Origin: an uncultured Candidatus Bathyarchaeia archaeon
Lineage (GTDB): Archaea; Thermoproteota; Bathyarchaeia; Bathyarchaeales; DTEX01
Direction of reading: 5' to 3'
DNA length: 42,410 bases
NCBI GenBank assembly: GCA_964580405.1
Contig: CAZOKM010000001.1
Span: 1 to 42,410 of the forward strand
Numbering within the stretch: position 1 is the stretch's first letter; each line of letters begins with the position of its first letter. Below the pieces are notes generated by a model that saw nothing but the letters and a program-made list of their open reading frames with translations, was not told the origin of the DNA and did not search any database. Made by a program: the position numbers and the translations under genes. This document shows positions 18,929 through 27,521 of the stretch, piece after piece.

Positions 18929-19980
18929 TGGTAGTCGTTCATGGGACGGTTGGATTAATGGAGCTTCCTGACGTTTCGTTCTTCCTTTTCGGGATGGGCG
19001 GCAGACGTAAACTCGTCTACAAGGACGGCGCGCTCTACGACGCTTTGTCGCGCGAAACCTTACGGGAATGGGACACAGAGTCGGAAAACATACGACCGTC
19101 GGAATACGCTGTGGCTCTGGAGACAAAACGCGGAGACAAGGTCGTCATCCGAGAGGACGAGGAAGGGGTCTGGCTCGACGAAAGCGAAAAACGGGTTTGC
19201 CTGACCCGAAGCAAGCTCAAACTACCGCAATTCAACGGATACAGGCACGCGAAGTTGATGCGAATACTCCACCACGAAATTCTGATTAACGTCGTTGACG
19301 GGCAGCCCGTGCCAAACTACTTCGTCTACCTAAAGCCTTGGCTTAGGGATGCTGCGATGATGTGTACCTGCCTTGAGAAGACGGGTAACCTCCGCCTCGT
19401 CAGGGACTGGATTCTCGGATTGAAAGAGCCCTTCGACCGGAACGCGGGCAACGTCGAAACCGACAACCTCGGACAATCGCTGTACCTTGTATCGCTGGTT
19501 TCAGACGCGTCGCATCCGCTTGTCGCCACTGTCCTCAATGCGGTGCCCGAGTACACGAAGGACAACCACGTCGTCGGATTGACGGACTTCGCTGAGCACC
19601 CCGTTTTCCAGACGAAGTGGCTCAAGCTCGGGCTGAAACGCCTGGGGCTGAAGGACGATTACGTGATACCGAAGGGTTACGACAGCTACTCAGCCCTCTT
19701 CTGGATGGATTATAAAGGCTGCCACGTCGAAGGCAAGCCCCTAACTGAAAGGGAAAAGGACCTTTACCCTTACTTGGGCTGGGCGGAAGCCCACTTTCAT
19801 GGTTGGCCAGCGCCAAAAGCCCTGATTAGCGAGAACTACCCAGTCACTTGGGAAAGCCACGTAACCCAAGCGGACTACGACGGCATGGCTAGAGTCTCGA
19901 AACAATATGTGGAAAGTAAAACATGTGCTCCTCACGGCTGGCACGCCGCAGAGACCTTCCTCTATCTACTTGAAAAATGA
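18928..19980 (+). CDS. hypothetical protein (no family recognised)
   Basis: 350-codon ORF with backbone-like composition, embedded in the sugar-metabolism neighbourhood. Confidence 0.6.
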   Translation: MVVVHGTVGLMELPDVSFFLFGMGGRRKLVYKDGALYDALSRETLREWDTESENIRPSEYAVALETKRGDKVVIREDEEGVWLDESEKRVCLTRSKLKLPQFNGYRHAKLMRILHHEILINVVDGQPVPNYFVYLKPWLRDAAMMCTCLEKTGNLRLVRDWILGLKEPFDRNAGNVETDNLGQSLYLVSLVSDASHPLVATVLNAVPEYTKDNHVVGLTDFAEHPVFQTKWLKLGLKRLGLKDDYVIPKGYDSYSALFWMDYKGCHVEGKPLTEREKDLYPYLGWAEAHFHGWPAPKALISENYPVTWESHVTQADYDGMARVSKQYVESKTCAPHGWHAAETFLYLLEK

Positions 19981-20013
19981 GTAAAACTATAATTTAGTAA
20001 AATTCAGTATGGA

Positions 20014-20397
20014 CTAAACTTTCTCGATTCTGATTTTGTCTCCGTCCCTAACCTTTTTCAAGAGTTTTGGGTCTCCCGTGACCTTGCCGAACACGTTCAC
20101 GGGGTTGGCTGGCCTGATCTCTCCGCCTCGGCTCATCGGCGTTGGACCAAAGAATATGCAGAACCCCTGTCCTGGGGGCCAGTAGCCGACGTCGCCGAGC
20201 TCCACGGTCGGCCTGGCGTTCTCTGGGCTCAGCTTCACGGGGATTGAGAAGTAGATTTCGTCGCCCCACGTGTTGGCCCGAGCCTCGAAGGGGAGAGTGC
20301 CCCATATCGCTTTCGCCGTCTTCGGGCTCCTGTCCTCGACGATTTCGGCTTCCACTGCGCCGATTCTTTCGCTGACGATTCTTATTGTCTTCGTCAT
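20014..20397 (-). CDS. cyclophilin-like superfamily protein (TM1367-like)
   Basis: 127 aa with characteristic blocks: TAKAIWGTLPFEARANTWGDEIYF and GDVGYWPPGQGFCIFFGPTP. Confidence 0.7.
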   Translation of the reverse strand: MTKTIRIVSERIGAVEAEIVEDRSPKTAKAIWGTLPFEARANTWGDEIYFSIPVKLSPENARPTVELGDVGYWPPGQGFCIFFGPTPMSRGGEIRPANPVNVFGKVTGDPKLLKKVRDGDKIRIEKV

Positions 20398-20472
20398 CTC
20401 AGCATCCTCACCATATACTACTCGTCGCTTCCTAATCAGTTTTTACTTGAAAAATCGATGAGTATTTTAGAG

Positions 20473-21315
20473 TCAGTTTTGCGGAGGTGCAAGGTGCTTC
20501 AGGTCCCGCCACCCGACAAGCCTTATCTCGCGGTCCTTTATGGCTTGCCTGACCTCGGGGTTGCTGAAAATCAAATACTCCTCGTGCCTGAAGTGAGTGT
20601 CATCTCCAATAATCGCCCTGATTTCGTCGTCGTCCCCGCCCAGGTGCAGGATCGTCTCGTAAACTCCGGGCTTCAAGCCCCCAAGCATTTTTAGAGCCGC
20701 CGCCTTCCTTTCGTCGAGGCTTCCCTGCGCTGGGTACCCCACATATTGAGGTACCACGGGAACCAGATGCGAAACCTTCCTTCTAATCTCGGGGGAGGAA
20801 TTGTGGACCATGACGGGAATCCCGTACTCAACGGCTAAATCCGCGTAGGCTTCGAGGTACTCGGGCCTGTAGTGGACGGTGCCCATGTGCGTATCCATGT
20901 GGGTGGGCTTCACGCCGAACTCTAGGACACGCTCAATCTGAAATCGAATCTCGGCCTCAACCTCTCTTCCAGAGGCGTGCTTCGCGACTTCCTCCGAGGT
21001 CCGGTACATGAAGCCGTCCCCGCTGACCAGCCCAGGAACCTTGTCCCTCGGCGCCACGGGAGGCCACCTGTAGAGCTTCCACTCACTGGTCAACGTAACG
21101 TGGATGCCGACGTCGAACTCTGGGTGGCTTCTGAAGTACGTGGCTGCGTCCATGAACCACGGAGCCGGGGCCATGAGGCTTCCCGATGAAACCACGCCTT
21201 TCTCGTAGGCTTCTTCTGAGGCCTTGTTCGCAGAGTGGCACATCCCGATGTCGTCCGCGTGAATTATGAGGTTTATTTGTCTCTTGTTTTTTGCTTTGAA
21301 GACGTCGCGACGCAT
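20473..21315 (-). CDS. YdjC/ChbG-family carbohydrate deacetylase-like protein
   Basis: N-terminal LIIHADDIGMCHSANKA motif and an overall length typical of the YdjC family. Confidence 0.75.
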   Translation of the reverse strand: MRRDVFKAKNKRQINLIIHADDIGMCHSANKASEEAYEKGVVSSGSLMAPAPWFMDAATYFRSHPEFDVGIHVTLTSEWKLYRWPPVAPRDKVPGLVSGDGFMYRTSEEVAKHASGREVEAEIRFQIERVLEFGVKPTHMDTHMGTVHYRPEYLEAYADLAVEYGIPVMVHNSSPEIRRKVSHLVPVVPQYVGYPAQGSLDERKAAALKMLGGLKPGVYETILHLGGDDDEIRAIIGDDTHFRHEEYLIFSNPEVRQAIKDREIRLVGWRDLKHLAPPQN

Positions 21316-21446
21316 TAGCTCATCACCAGTCTATTGATGAAATATTTTTCTAATAAGCCTTTCAAGCCCCAAAAAGGCTGTTCGGCCATCAGCCTACTGC
21401 AGACTGGGGAAACCGTTATGCAATGGTTACCCTTTATCATTCAGGC

Positions 21447-22358
21447 ATGAACAAAGTTGCAGTCGTCGGCGTCGGCAACCTCGGCTCATGCATAGCCTAC
21501 GAAATCGCAAGCCGCGGGATAGCGGACGAAATGGTCCTCGTGGACGTTTTTCACGAGCTAGCGGAGGGCAACGCCGCGGACATCGCGCAGGCACTGGCTT
21601 TTAGGAACAATACTAAGGTGGTTGCGGGAGGCTACGGGGACGCCGAAGGGTCCAAGGTTGTTGTCGTTACTGCGGGGAAGCCTAGGACGCCGGACATGAA
21701 GTCGAGGATGGATCTCCTCGAGGCGAACAGGAAAATTGTCACTTCGGTGGCGACCAGCCTCAGGCAAGTTGGGGGCATACCCGTAATCGTCACTCTCTCG
21801 AACCCCGTGGACGTCATGAACTACGTCATGTGGAAGACGACTGGCTTCGACCGCCGAAGGGTCATCGGCAGCGCGGGGATGCTGGACTCGGCGAGGTTCC
21901 GAACGGTCCTGGGCAGCAAGTACGATGTGCCCGTCCTTGACGTGGAAGCCTACGTCATAGGGGAACACGGAGACAGCCAAGTTCCCGTCTTCAGCCAAGT
22001 CAAAATAAAGAAACGCAAGAAAACGTTCACAGGAGAGGAACGCGGGCAAATCATGAACGGGCTTAAAGAGTCCGCGTTGCAGGTCATCTCGAAGAAGGGC
22101 GCGACGATTTACGCTCCAGCCAGCAACACGGCCAACGTGGTCGAGGCAATATTAAAAAACCAAAAAAGTCTGTCCGTCTGCTCAGTCGTTCTGGATGGAG
22201 AATATGGAGTTAAAGACGTCAGCTTAGGGGCTCCTGTAATACTGAGCGCCAACGGAATTGAGAAAGTTATTGAATGGGACCTCGACGACTCCGAAAAAAG
22301 CCTATTTAATAGAGGGGCGGAGCAGCTAAAAGAGACGATTAAATCGATGGCAATTTGA
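21447..22358 (+). CDS. mdh: L-malate/L-lactate dehydrogenase family (archaeal MDH-type)
   Basis: Rossmann motif VAVVGVGNLGS and catalytic block VIGEHGDSQVP. The ORF-track start at 21423 adds 8 residues. Confidence 0.85.
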   Translation: MNKVAVVGVGNLGSCIAYEIASRGIADEMVLVDVFHELAEGNAADIAQALAFRNNTKVVAGGYGDAEGSKVVVVTAGKPRTPDMKSRMDLLEANRKIVTSVATSLRQVGGIPVIVTLSNPVDVMNYVMWKTTGFDRRRVIGSAGMLDSARFRTVLGSKYDVPVLDVEAYVIGEHGDSQVPVFSQVKIKKRKKTFTGEERGQIMNGLKESALQVISKKGATIYAPASNTANVVEAILKNQKSLSVCSVVLDGEYGVKDVSLGAPVILSANGIEKVIEWDLDDSEKSLFNRGAEQLKETIKSMAI

Positions 22359-22365
22359 ATTTGAA

Positions 22366-23124
22366 CTAGACTTTCTCCGCGTCGTCCCAGAGGTACTGGA
22401 AATAGTCTTTGGCGAACTTCACGAGTCCGCTGTGGTCCGACCATATCATGAGCGACGGTTTATTCTCGCCGAGGATGAGGAGGGCTTCCCGCCCGTCCGC
22501 CAGCACGCCTCCGCCGAACATCCTATCCTTTCTCCTAACCTCGTAAATACGGGAAAGAGGTTCAACGTCCAAGTTCAGGTCCTTGGAAACCAGTATCTGA
22601 ACCTTGACCGATGTCCCCAGAAGCTCACTAAATACAGGCGTGACTGCACTCAGAATGGACTCAGCCAAAGGCGGCACCGCAAACATCAATTCCGTCTTCG
22701 CGTTCCTGACGAGGTCCTTGAGCTTAGCCAAGGCGTCGTATTCGCCGCGGAGAATCCAAACGTCGGGCTTCTCCCGAATCTCCCGCTTTTCGTACAAGGG
22801 CTGAAGCTCACCCAGAACAGTGTTCCGCCACGTCTTCATCATGCTCTCAAGCCTCAGCCTCGTCGCATCCATAGCTTCGCTGGGGGACTTCGGGTAGTAC
22901 TGGCGCGGCCTGTCCGCCCGCGTTTCGACCCAGCCTTTCCTCTCCAGAGAGTTCAGTACCTCGTAGATTTTCGAGTAGGGGACATTCGTCTCGTCGCTGA
23001 TTCGGCTCGCAGTCGTCGCGCCCACCTGCAGAAGGTACATGTACGCGCGCGTCTCGTAGTCTGTGAGCCCAGCCTCTCTCAGGGCGCTCTTCGCCTCTTC
23101 GCTGATGACCGCCGACATACTCAC
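22366..23124 (-). CDS. TrmB-family transcriptional regulator
   Basis: N-terminal winged HTH (LTDYETRAYMYLLQVGATTASRISDETNVPYSKIYEVLNSLERKGWV) plus a C-terminal sensor-like domain. Confidence 0.8.
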   Translation of the reverse strand: MSMSAVISEEAKSALREAGLTDYETRAYMYLLQVGATTASRISDETNVPYSKIYEVLNSLERKGWVETRADRPRQYYPKSPSEAMDATRLRLESMMKTWRNTVLGELQPLYEKREIREKPDVWILRGEYDALAKLKDLVRNAKTELMFAVPPLAESILSAVTPVFSELLGTSVKVQILVSKDLNLDVEPLSRIYEVRRKDRMFGGGVLADGREALLILGENKPSLMIWSDHSGLVKFAKDYFQYLWDDAEKV

Positions 23125-23209
23125 TTTTCACCTTAGGGAAAGTTTGGAAACCTTATTATACGGAATCCCTTCAACCTTGATATAAGCATTACAACCGTCG
23201 GTGGTAAAA

Positions 23210-24700
23210 ATGAAGACCATCAAGCATACCCAATCCCTGTGCCCGGAGTGCCTGAAGGTTCTGGACGCAGAAATCTACGAGGAAGACGGCAAGGTTTACA
23301 TCAAGAAGGAGTGCCCCGAACACGGCGCCTACAAGGAGCTCTACTGGTCCGACTACGGGCAGTACGAGCGAGTCAAAGCCTTCGAGTACATCGGTAATGG
23401 TATCGAGAACCCACGGACCGAAACGAAGAACGGCTGCCCCTACGACTGCGGAATCTGCCCGAAGCACAAGTCGCAGACGGTCCTAGCCATAATCGACGTC
23501 ACGAACCGCTGCAACCTGCGGTGCCCCGTGTGCTTCGCCACTGCTGGGACCACAGGCTACGTCTACGAGCCGTCCAAGGAACAAATCCAAGCGATGCTCG
23601 TTAACCTTCGAGCTAACAAGCCCGTGCCCGTTGATGCGCTTCAGTTTTCGGGCGGGGAACCCACAATCCGCGAGGACCTGCCTGAGCTCGTTAAGATGGC
23701 GAAGGAGGTGGGCATAAAGCACGTCGAGGTCAACACCAATGGCATCAGGCTCGCGTCAAGCGTGGACTACTGCCGCAGCCTCAAGGAGGCGGGGGTCAGC
23801 ACGGTTTACCTGCAGTTCGACGGCGTCACACCCGACGTTTTCAAGTTCACCCGAGGAGCCGACCTGCTTCCGACCAAATTGAAGGCCATCGAGAACTGCA
23901 GGCAGGCGGGGATTCACAGCGTTGTGTTGGTTTGTACGTTGGTGAAGGGTGTCAACGACCACGAGGTGGGCGGCATCATCAAGTTCGCCATCGACAACTT
24001 CGACGTCGTCAGGTGCGTGAACTTCCAGCCCGTCTCACTTTGTGGCAGAATCCCCGAGGAGCAGAGGAAGCAGATGCGGATAACAATCCCGGAGTTCATG
24101 GAAGACGTCGAGAAACAGACGGACGGGCAAATCAAGGTCTCGGACTTCTACCCAGTTCCCACGGTTGTGCCCGTTGCGCGCGCGGTTGGCGCCATGAAGA
24201 AAAAGCATTATAGCGAGTTCACCGCGCATCCCCACTGTGGCATGGCGACGTACGTCTTCGTCGAAGACGGGAAGATTGTGCCTATTACCCAATACGGCGA
24301 CGTCGACAAGTTCATCAAGTCCATGGAAAAAGCCTTCGAGGAGTACGAGAAGGGGCACGAGACGAGACTTAAAATGCAGGTCGTGGGGTCGATGCGGAAC
24401 ATCAAGTTCGACATGCTCAAAAAGTACATCTGGCCACTGCTAAAGACGGGCAGCTACTCCGCGCTGGGTGACCTCCACCGCAAGATGCTCATGATTTCGT
24501 CGATGCACTTCATGGACCCCTACAACTTCGACTTGGAAAGGGTGCAGAGGTGCTGCATCCACTACGCAGTCCCCGACGGAAGGATAATACCGTTCTGCAC
24601 CATGAACTCCATCCACAGACCCAAAATCGAGAAAGAACTAGGCATCCCAGTAGCCAAGTGGAAGCAAATCAACAAGAAAGAGGTCGAAGCAGTAGCCTAG
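23210..24700 (+). CDS. radical SAM protein, tetraether lipid synthase (Tes / GDGT-MAS, MJ0619-like) candidate
   Basis: N-terminal Cys motif pair SLCPECL...ECPEHG, radical SAM CNLRCPVC, GGEPT, about 500 aa. This architecture matches my recollection of the MJ0619/Tes family; the assignment comes from memory, not a search. Confidence 0.55.
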   Translation: MKTIKHTQSLCPECLKVLDAEIYEEDGKVYIKKECPEHGAYKELYWSDYGQYERVKAFEYIGNGIENPRTETKNGCPYDCGICPKHKSQTVLAIIDVTNRCNLRCPVCFATAGTTGYVYEPSKEQIQAMLVNLRANKPVPVDALQFSGGEPTIREDLPELVKMAKEVGIKHVEVNTNGIRLASSVDYCRSLKEAGVSTVYLQFDGVTPDVFKFTRGADLLPTKLKAIENCRQAGIHSVVLVCTLVKGVNDHEVGGIIKFAIDNFDVVRCVNFQPVSLCGRIPEEQRKQMRITIPEFMEDVEKQTDGQIKVSDFYPVPTVVPVARAVGAMKKKHYSEFTAHPHCGMATYVFVEDGKIVPITQYGDVDKFIKSMEKAFEEYEKGHETRLKMQVVGSMRNIKFDMLKKYIWPLLKTGSYSALGDLHRKMLMISSMHFMDPYNFDLERVQRCCIHYAVPDGRIIPFCTMNSIHRPKIEKELGIPVAKWKQINKKEVEAVA

Positions 24701-24750
24701 AGAAACCTATAAATCATGGCGGTCGCTTGATGGGTGTGAGGGCATAAAAC

Positions 24751-25095
24751 ATGGGTGGCGGAAAAAAGAAGAAGAACATCACTCAGATGGCGAAGTCCCA
24801 AGAGCTCGAAGACCGTAAAGGTCAACCAAAGGACAAGGAAGGCAAGGCAGGACCGTCCTCGTCCGCAGCCGACAAGCGGGTTCAGGGGATAACGGTTCCA
24901 AACATGAAAGACAAGAAGGTCGAAAAGGAGCTCCAAGCCATGAAGTACCTCACGCCCTACTCGGTCGCCTCGCGCTTTAACCTCCGCATAAGCGTAGCAC
25001 GCGACTTCCTCGACGAACTACAGCGAGCGGGAGTCGTGTCCTTCGTGACAAGTGGAAGAGGGACAAGAGTCTACAAGCCAGTAGCCAATTCCTAA
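24751..25095 (+). CDS. rps25e: 30S ribosomal protein S25e
   Basis: Lys-rich N-terminus and a winged-helix C-terminal part (YLTPYSVASRFNLRISVARDFLDELQRAGVV). Confidence 0.85.
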   Translation: MGGGKKKKNITQMAKSQELEDRKGQPKDKEGKAGPSSSAADKRVQGITVPNMKDKKVEKELQAMKYLTPYSVASRFNLRISVARDFLDELQRAGVVSFVTSGRGTRVYKPVANS

Positions 25096-25101
25096 TTTTT
25101 T
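25096..25101 (+). terminator. oligo-T tract after the S25e gene
   Basis: T6 run immediately after the TAA stop. Confidence 0.35.
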
Positions 25102-25247
25102 CGTAATCTACTTAGTTTCTCTTCAACGCGAATTCAAACAAAATAAATAGTTCTAAAGCTAAACACTTAAAACCGAGTTTAGGCAAGTTATTGCTAGAGG
25201 GAATGTTTCAGGCGCCCCGCAGTTTCTTAACTTGGTGAATTTTGATT

Positions 25248-25814
25248 ATGGCTCTCGACCAGTTCATCTTCACGAAGACGATTCTCATCGACGACTCAGG
25301 CTGGGGAGACTTGATCCTGGGCGCCATTATAGGGGCACTTAAGCTACCGGACTACAGGTACATGGAGCGCAGAATCGCCGTCACCGCTTTTCAGCAACCC
25401 AACTTCGGGAATAAAGTCTACCTCGAAGAGGCAGTCAGAATAGCCAAGGAAATCGTCGACGTCATGCAGGGCGACCAGCAAACCAACTTTAAAGTCTGCT
25501 CGGGCTTCATTCTTTCGGGCGTCCGGGACTATTTGCAGGGACAGGGGTTCCACGTCGAAGAAACGGTGGTCACGGGCGAGCTTCAAGAGAGAGTAGAAAA
25601 GGGCTACGTTGACTGGTGCGTCGAAGTGGGTGTTCCCAAGGACATCTTCGAGACTGAGAGACGGTTCTACCCGCTTCTTGAGTGGGTGGCGGACATGTTC
25701 GAGCTTAGGGAACGCCTTGTGAAGACGGGGTGGAAGAGCTGGCAGAACAAGTGGAGACAAAAAGCTTTGGAAATCCACCTGCAGAAGATCGCCCAGTCCC
25801 AAGAGAGACCGTGA
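25248..25814 (+). CDS. hypothetical protein
   Basis: 188-aa ORF starting at the ATG (the track start at 25242 is TTG), with backbone composition. An N-terminal IDDSGWGD motif loosely resembles acidic active-site strands. No family recognised. Confidence 0.55.
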   Translation: MALDQFIFTKTILIDDSGWGDLILGAIIGALKLPDYRYMERRIAVTAFQQPNFGNKVYLEEAVRIAKEIVDVMQGDQQTNFKVCSGFILSGVRDYLQGQGFHVEETVVTGELQERVEKGYVDWCVEVGVPKDIFETERRFYPLLEWVADMFELRERLVKTGWKSWQNKWRQKALEIHLQKIAQSQERP

Positions 25815-25829
25815 CAGAATTACAGAATC

Positions 25830-26219
25830 TTAGGTTCTCTTAACTGTAATTATTGTTCCGCTTTTTATTTTGCTGATAACATCAAGATTTTCTAATATTC
25901 TGCCTATCGGATTTATGGGACTGTATGGACGGGCTTTTTCGTAGAATATGCAGAAAGCCCCACCCATCGGCCAATAAGCCAGCATCCCTTTTTCTGCCGT
26001 GGCTTTGGATTTTTCTTCTCCTAACGTTAATGGAATTTCGAAGAACACCTCGTTCGGATGCAGCGCAGCCCTTCCCTCTATCGGCAGCTTCCTGATTATT
26101 GCGTCGCACGTTCTGGGGGCTAGGAACCGTATTATTTCGCCCTTGGCTTCGCCGGAGCCTTCGACGACGAACGTTACGGGGATTCGGGAGATGCTTTCGG
26201 TCGTTGAGCTTCGCCTCAG
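25830..26219 (-). CDS. cyclophilin-like superfamily protein (second copy); no canonical start codon for the conserved N-terminal half
   Basis: The frame is open from 26240 down to 25830. Residues upstream of the track's GVG start (GEAKGEIIRFLAPRTCDAIIRKLPIEGRAALHPNEVFFEIP) align with the paralog at 20014..20397. The only in-frame candidate starts are CTG at 26219 and ATC/ATA codons. A TATA-like element sits about 27 nt upstream. Confidence 0.55.
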   Translation of the reverse strand: MRRSSTTESISRIPVTFVVEGSGEAKGEIIRFLAPRTCDAIIRKLPIEGRAALHPNEVFFEIPLTLGEEKSKATAEKGMLAYWPMGGAFCIFYEKARPYSPINPIGRILENLDVISKIKSGTIITVKRT

Positions 26220-26240
26220 CTGATTATTGTTCGGGAAATC

Positions 26241-26250
26241 TTAATAAATG
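26241..26250 (-). promoter_or_regulatory. TATA-box-like element (minus sense CATTTATTAA)
   Basis: Lies about 25-30 nt upstream of codon CTG at 26219 of the cyclophilin-like frame, which fits a leaderless transcript. Confidence 0.35.
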
Positions 26251-26277
26251 GTTCCGTCAATTCAACCGTGATCCGCG

Positions 26278-26490
26278 ATGTACGATGCTGAGGGCGTGGG
26301 CGTAAGGAAGAAGGACCTGGAGAGGCAGAGGGACAGGCTGGTCGACGAGATAAAGAAGCTCGAGGAGAGGCGCAAGAATGGAGAGTTCGACGAAGCCGCC
26401 TACAAGGAGAAGAGGCGCGAAATCGAACGCGAAATCGTCGAAGTCATGGACAGACTCGCCCAGATGAACTTCCTGTCAGGACAAGCATAA
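26278..26490 (+). CDS. small charged coiled-coil protein
   Basis: 70-aa ORF, Glu/Arg/Lys-rich and heptad-like, with GC-rich backbone composition. Confidence 0.5.
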   Translation: MYDAEGVGVRKKDLERQRDRLVDEIKKLEERRKNGEFDEAAYKEKRREIEREIVEVMDRLAQMNFLSGQA

Positions 26491-26524
26491 AACATTCATT
26501 CTCTAAAATGAAAACGTGATTTGT

Positions 26525-27262
26525 ATGGAAAAATGTCCTTGTTGTGGCTACGATACGTTAGGAAGGTTTTTTGAAGGAAGAGGGAATTACGAAATTTGCG
26601 ATTTGTGCAATTGGGAAGACGATCCCAATTATAATGAACATTATCCAGATGAAGTTGGGGGCGGAGCGAACAGCAAGTACAGCTTGACTGAAGCCCGTCA
26701 AAACTTCAAGAAGCATCTTATAATGTTTGATGAAAAGGACAGCAGATTTAAGCAAAGTAAAATTAGAATCGAAGCCAAGAAGAATATGATTAATGCGTTT
26801 GAATGGCTGAAGGCATCTAGTTCTAAGGAAGAAAGACAAATACTACGGAAAATAATTGAGAACAATAAACAAATTCTCGATCAAGAACTTAAATGGCGAA
26901 TAAATGAGGATGAAAAGAAAGCCATAGAGGAAAGGAAGAAAAAGGGGGTGCCACTTCAAGACGTGAAAGTATCTATCAGTGAAGAGGAAAAGCGAGAAAA
27001 AGAACAGAGAGAGTTAACAATTTTACGAGAGGCAAGCAGAATAAAAATTGAACTCATGTTGGAGACAGAAAAGGAATACTGCGAAAAGGCTCTCGCTGCA
27101 TGCGAAGAAGCAATAGAGAAATCGTTTGAACCCCGCGATATTTGGTTACGGGAAAAGGAGAAGGTTAAGCAAAGAATTGTGGAAATTGATGAAAGCCTAA
27201 AGCCTTTTAGAAGATACATGAAAAAACCACGCCATAAACATGCTTTATTCATTGATATCTAG
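26525..27262 (+). CDS. CPCC-type cysteine-rich domain protein with long Lys/Glu coiled-coil tail
   Basis: N-terminal CPCCGY...YEICDLCNWEDD (Cys_rich_CPCC-like). The gene is AT-rich compared with its neighbours. Confidence 0.65.
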   Translation: MEKCPCCGYDTLGRFFEGRGNYEICDLCNWEDDPNYNEHYPDEVGGGANSKYSLTEARQNFKKHLIMFDEKDSRFKQSKIRIEAKKNMINAFEWLKASSSKEERQILRKIIENNKQILDQELKWRINEDEKKAIEERKKKGVPLQDVKVSISEEEKREKEQRELTILREASRIKIELMLETEKEYCEKALAACEEAIEKSFEPRDIWLREKEKVKQRIVEIDESLKPFRRYMKKPRHKHALFIDI

Positions 27263-27391
27263 CTATGGCTGATGTACTTTTTTACTCGTTCTGTAAGAAA
27301 CTTTTTTTCCTTTTCCCCAGAAACAACCAACGATAAAATTGAAAACATTAAAATACGAAGCACCCTAATCCAGATGATACACTGGACTCAT

Positions 27392-27488
27392 GCTCCGGTA
27401 GTATAGTCCGGTCAAGTATTCCGGCCTTTCGACCCGAAAACGGGAAAGACAGTCGGAAACCCGGGTTCAAATCCCGGCCGGAGCACCA
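27392..27488 (+). tRNA. tRNA-Glu (anticodon UUC) with a 19-nt intron (27432-27450) at the canonical 37/38 position; 3' CCA encoded
   Basis: Manual fold. Acceptor GCTCCGG/CCGGAGC, D-arm GTAT/GTAT, anticodon stem CCGGC/GTCGG, loop CTTTCG[intron ACCCGAAAACGGGAAAGAC]A, T-arm CCGGG-TTCAAAT-CCCGG, discriminator A, then CCA. Confidence 0.8.
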
Positions 27489-27521
27489 CAATCCTCCATT
27501 TCAAGTCACATTTCCAGATGA

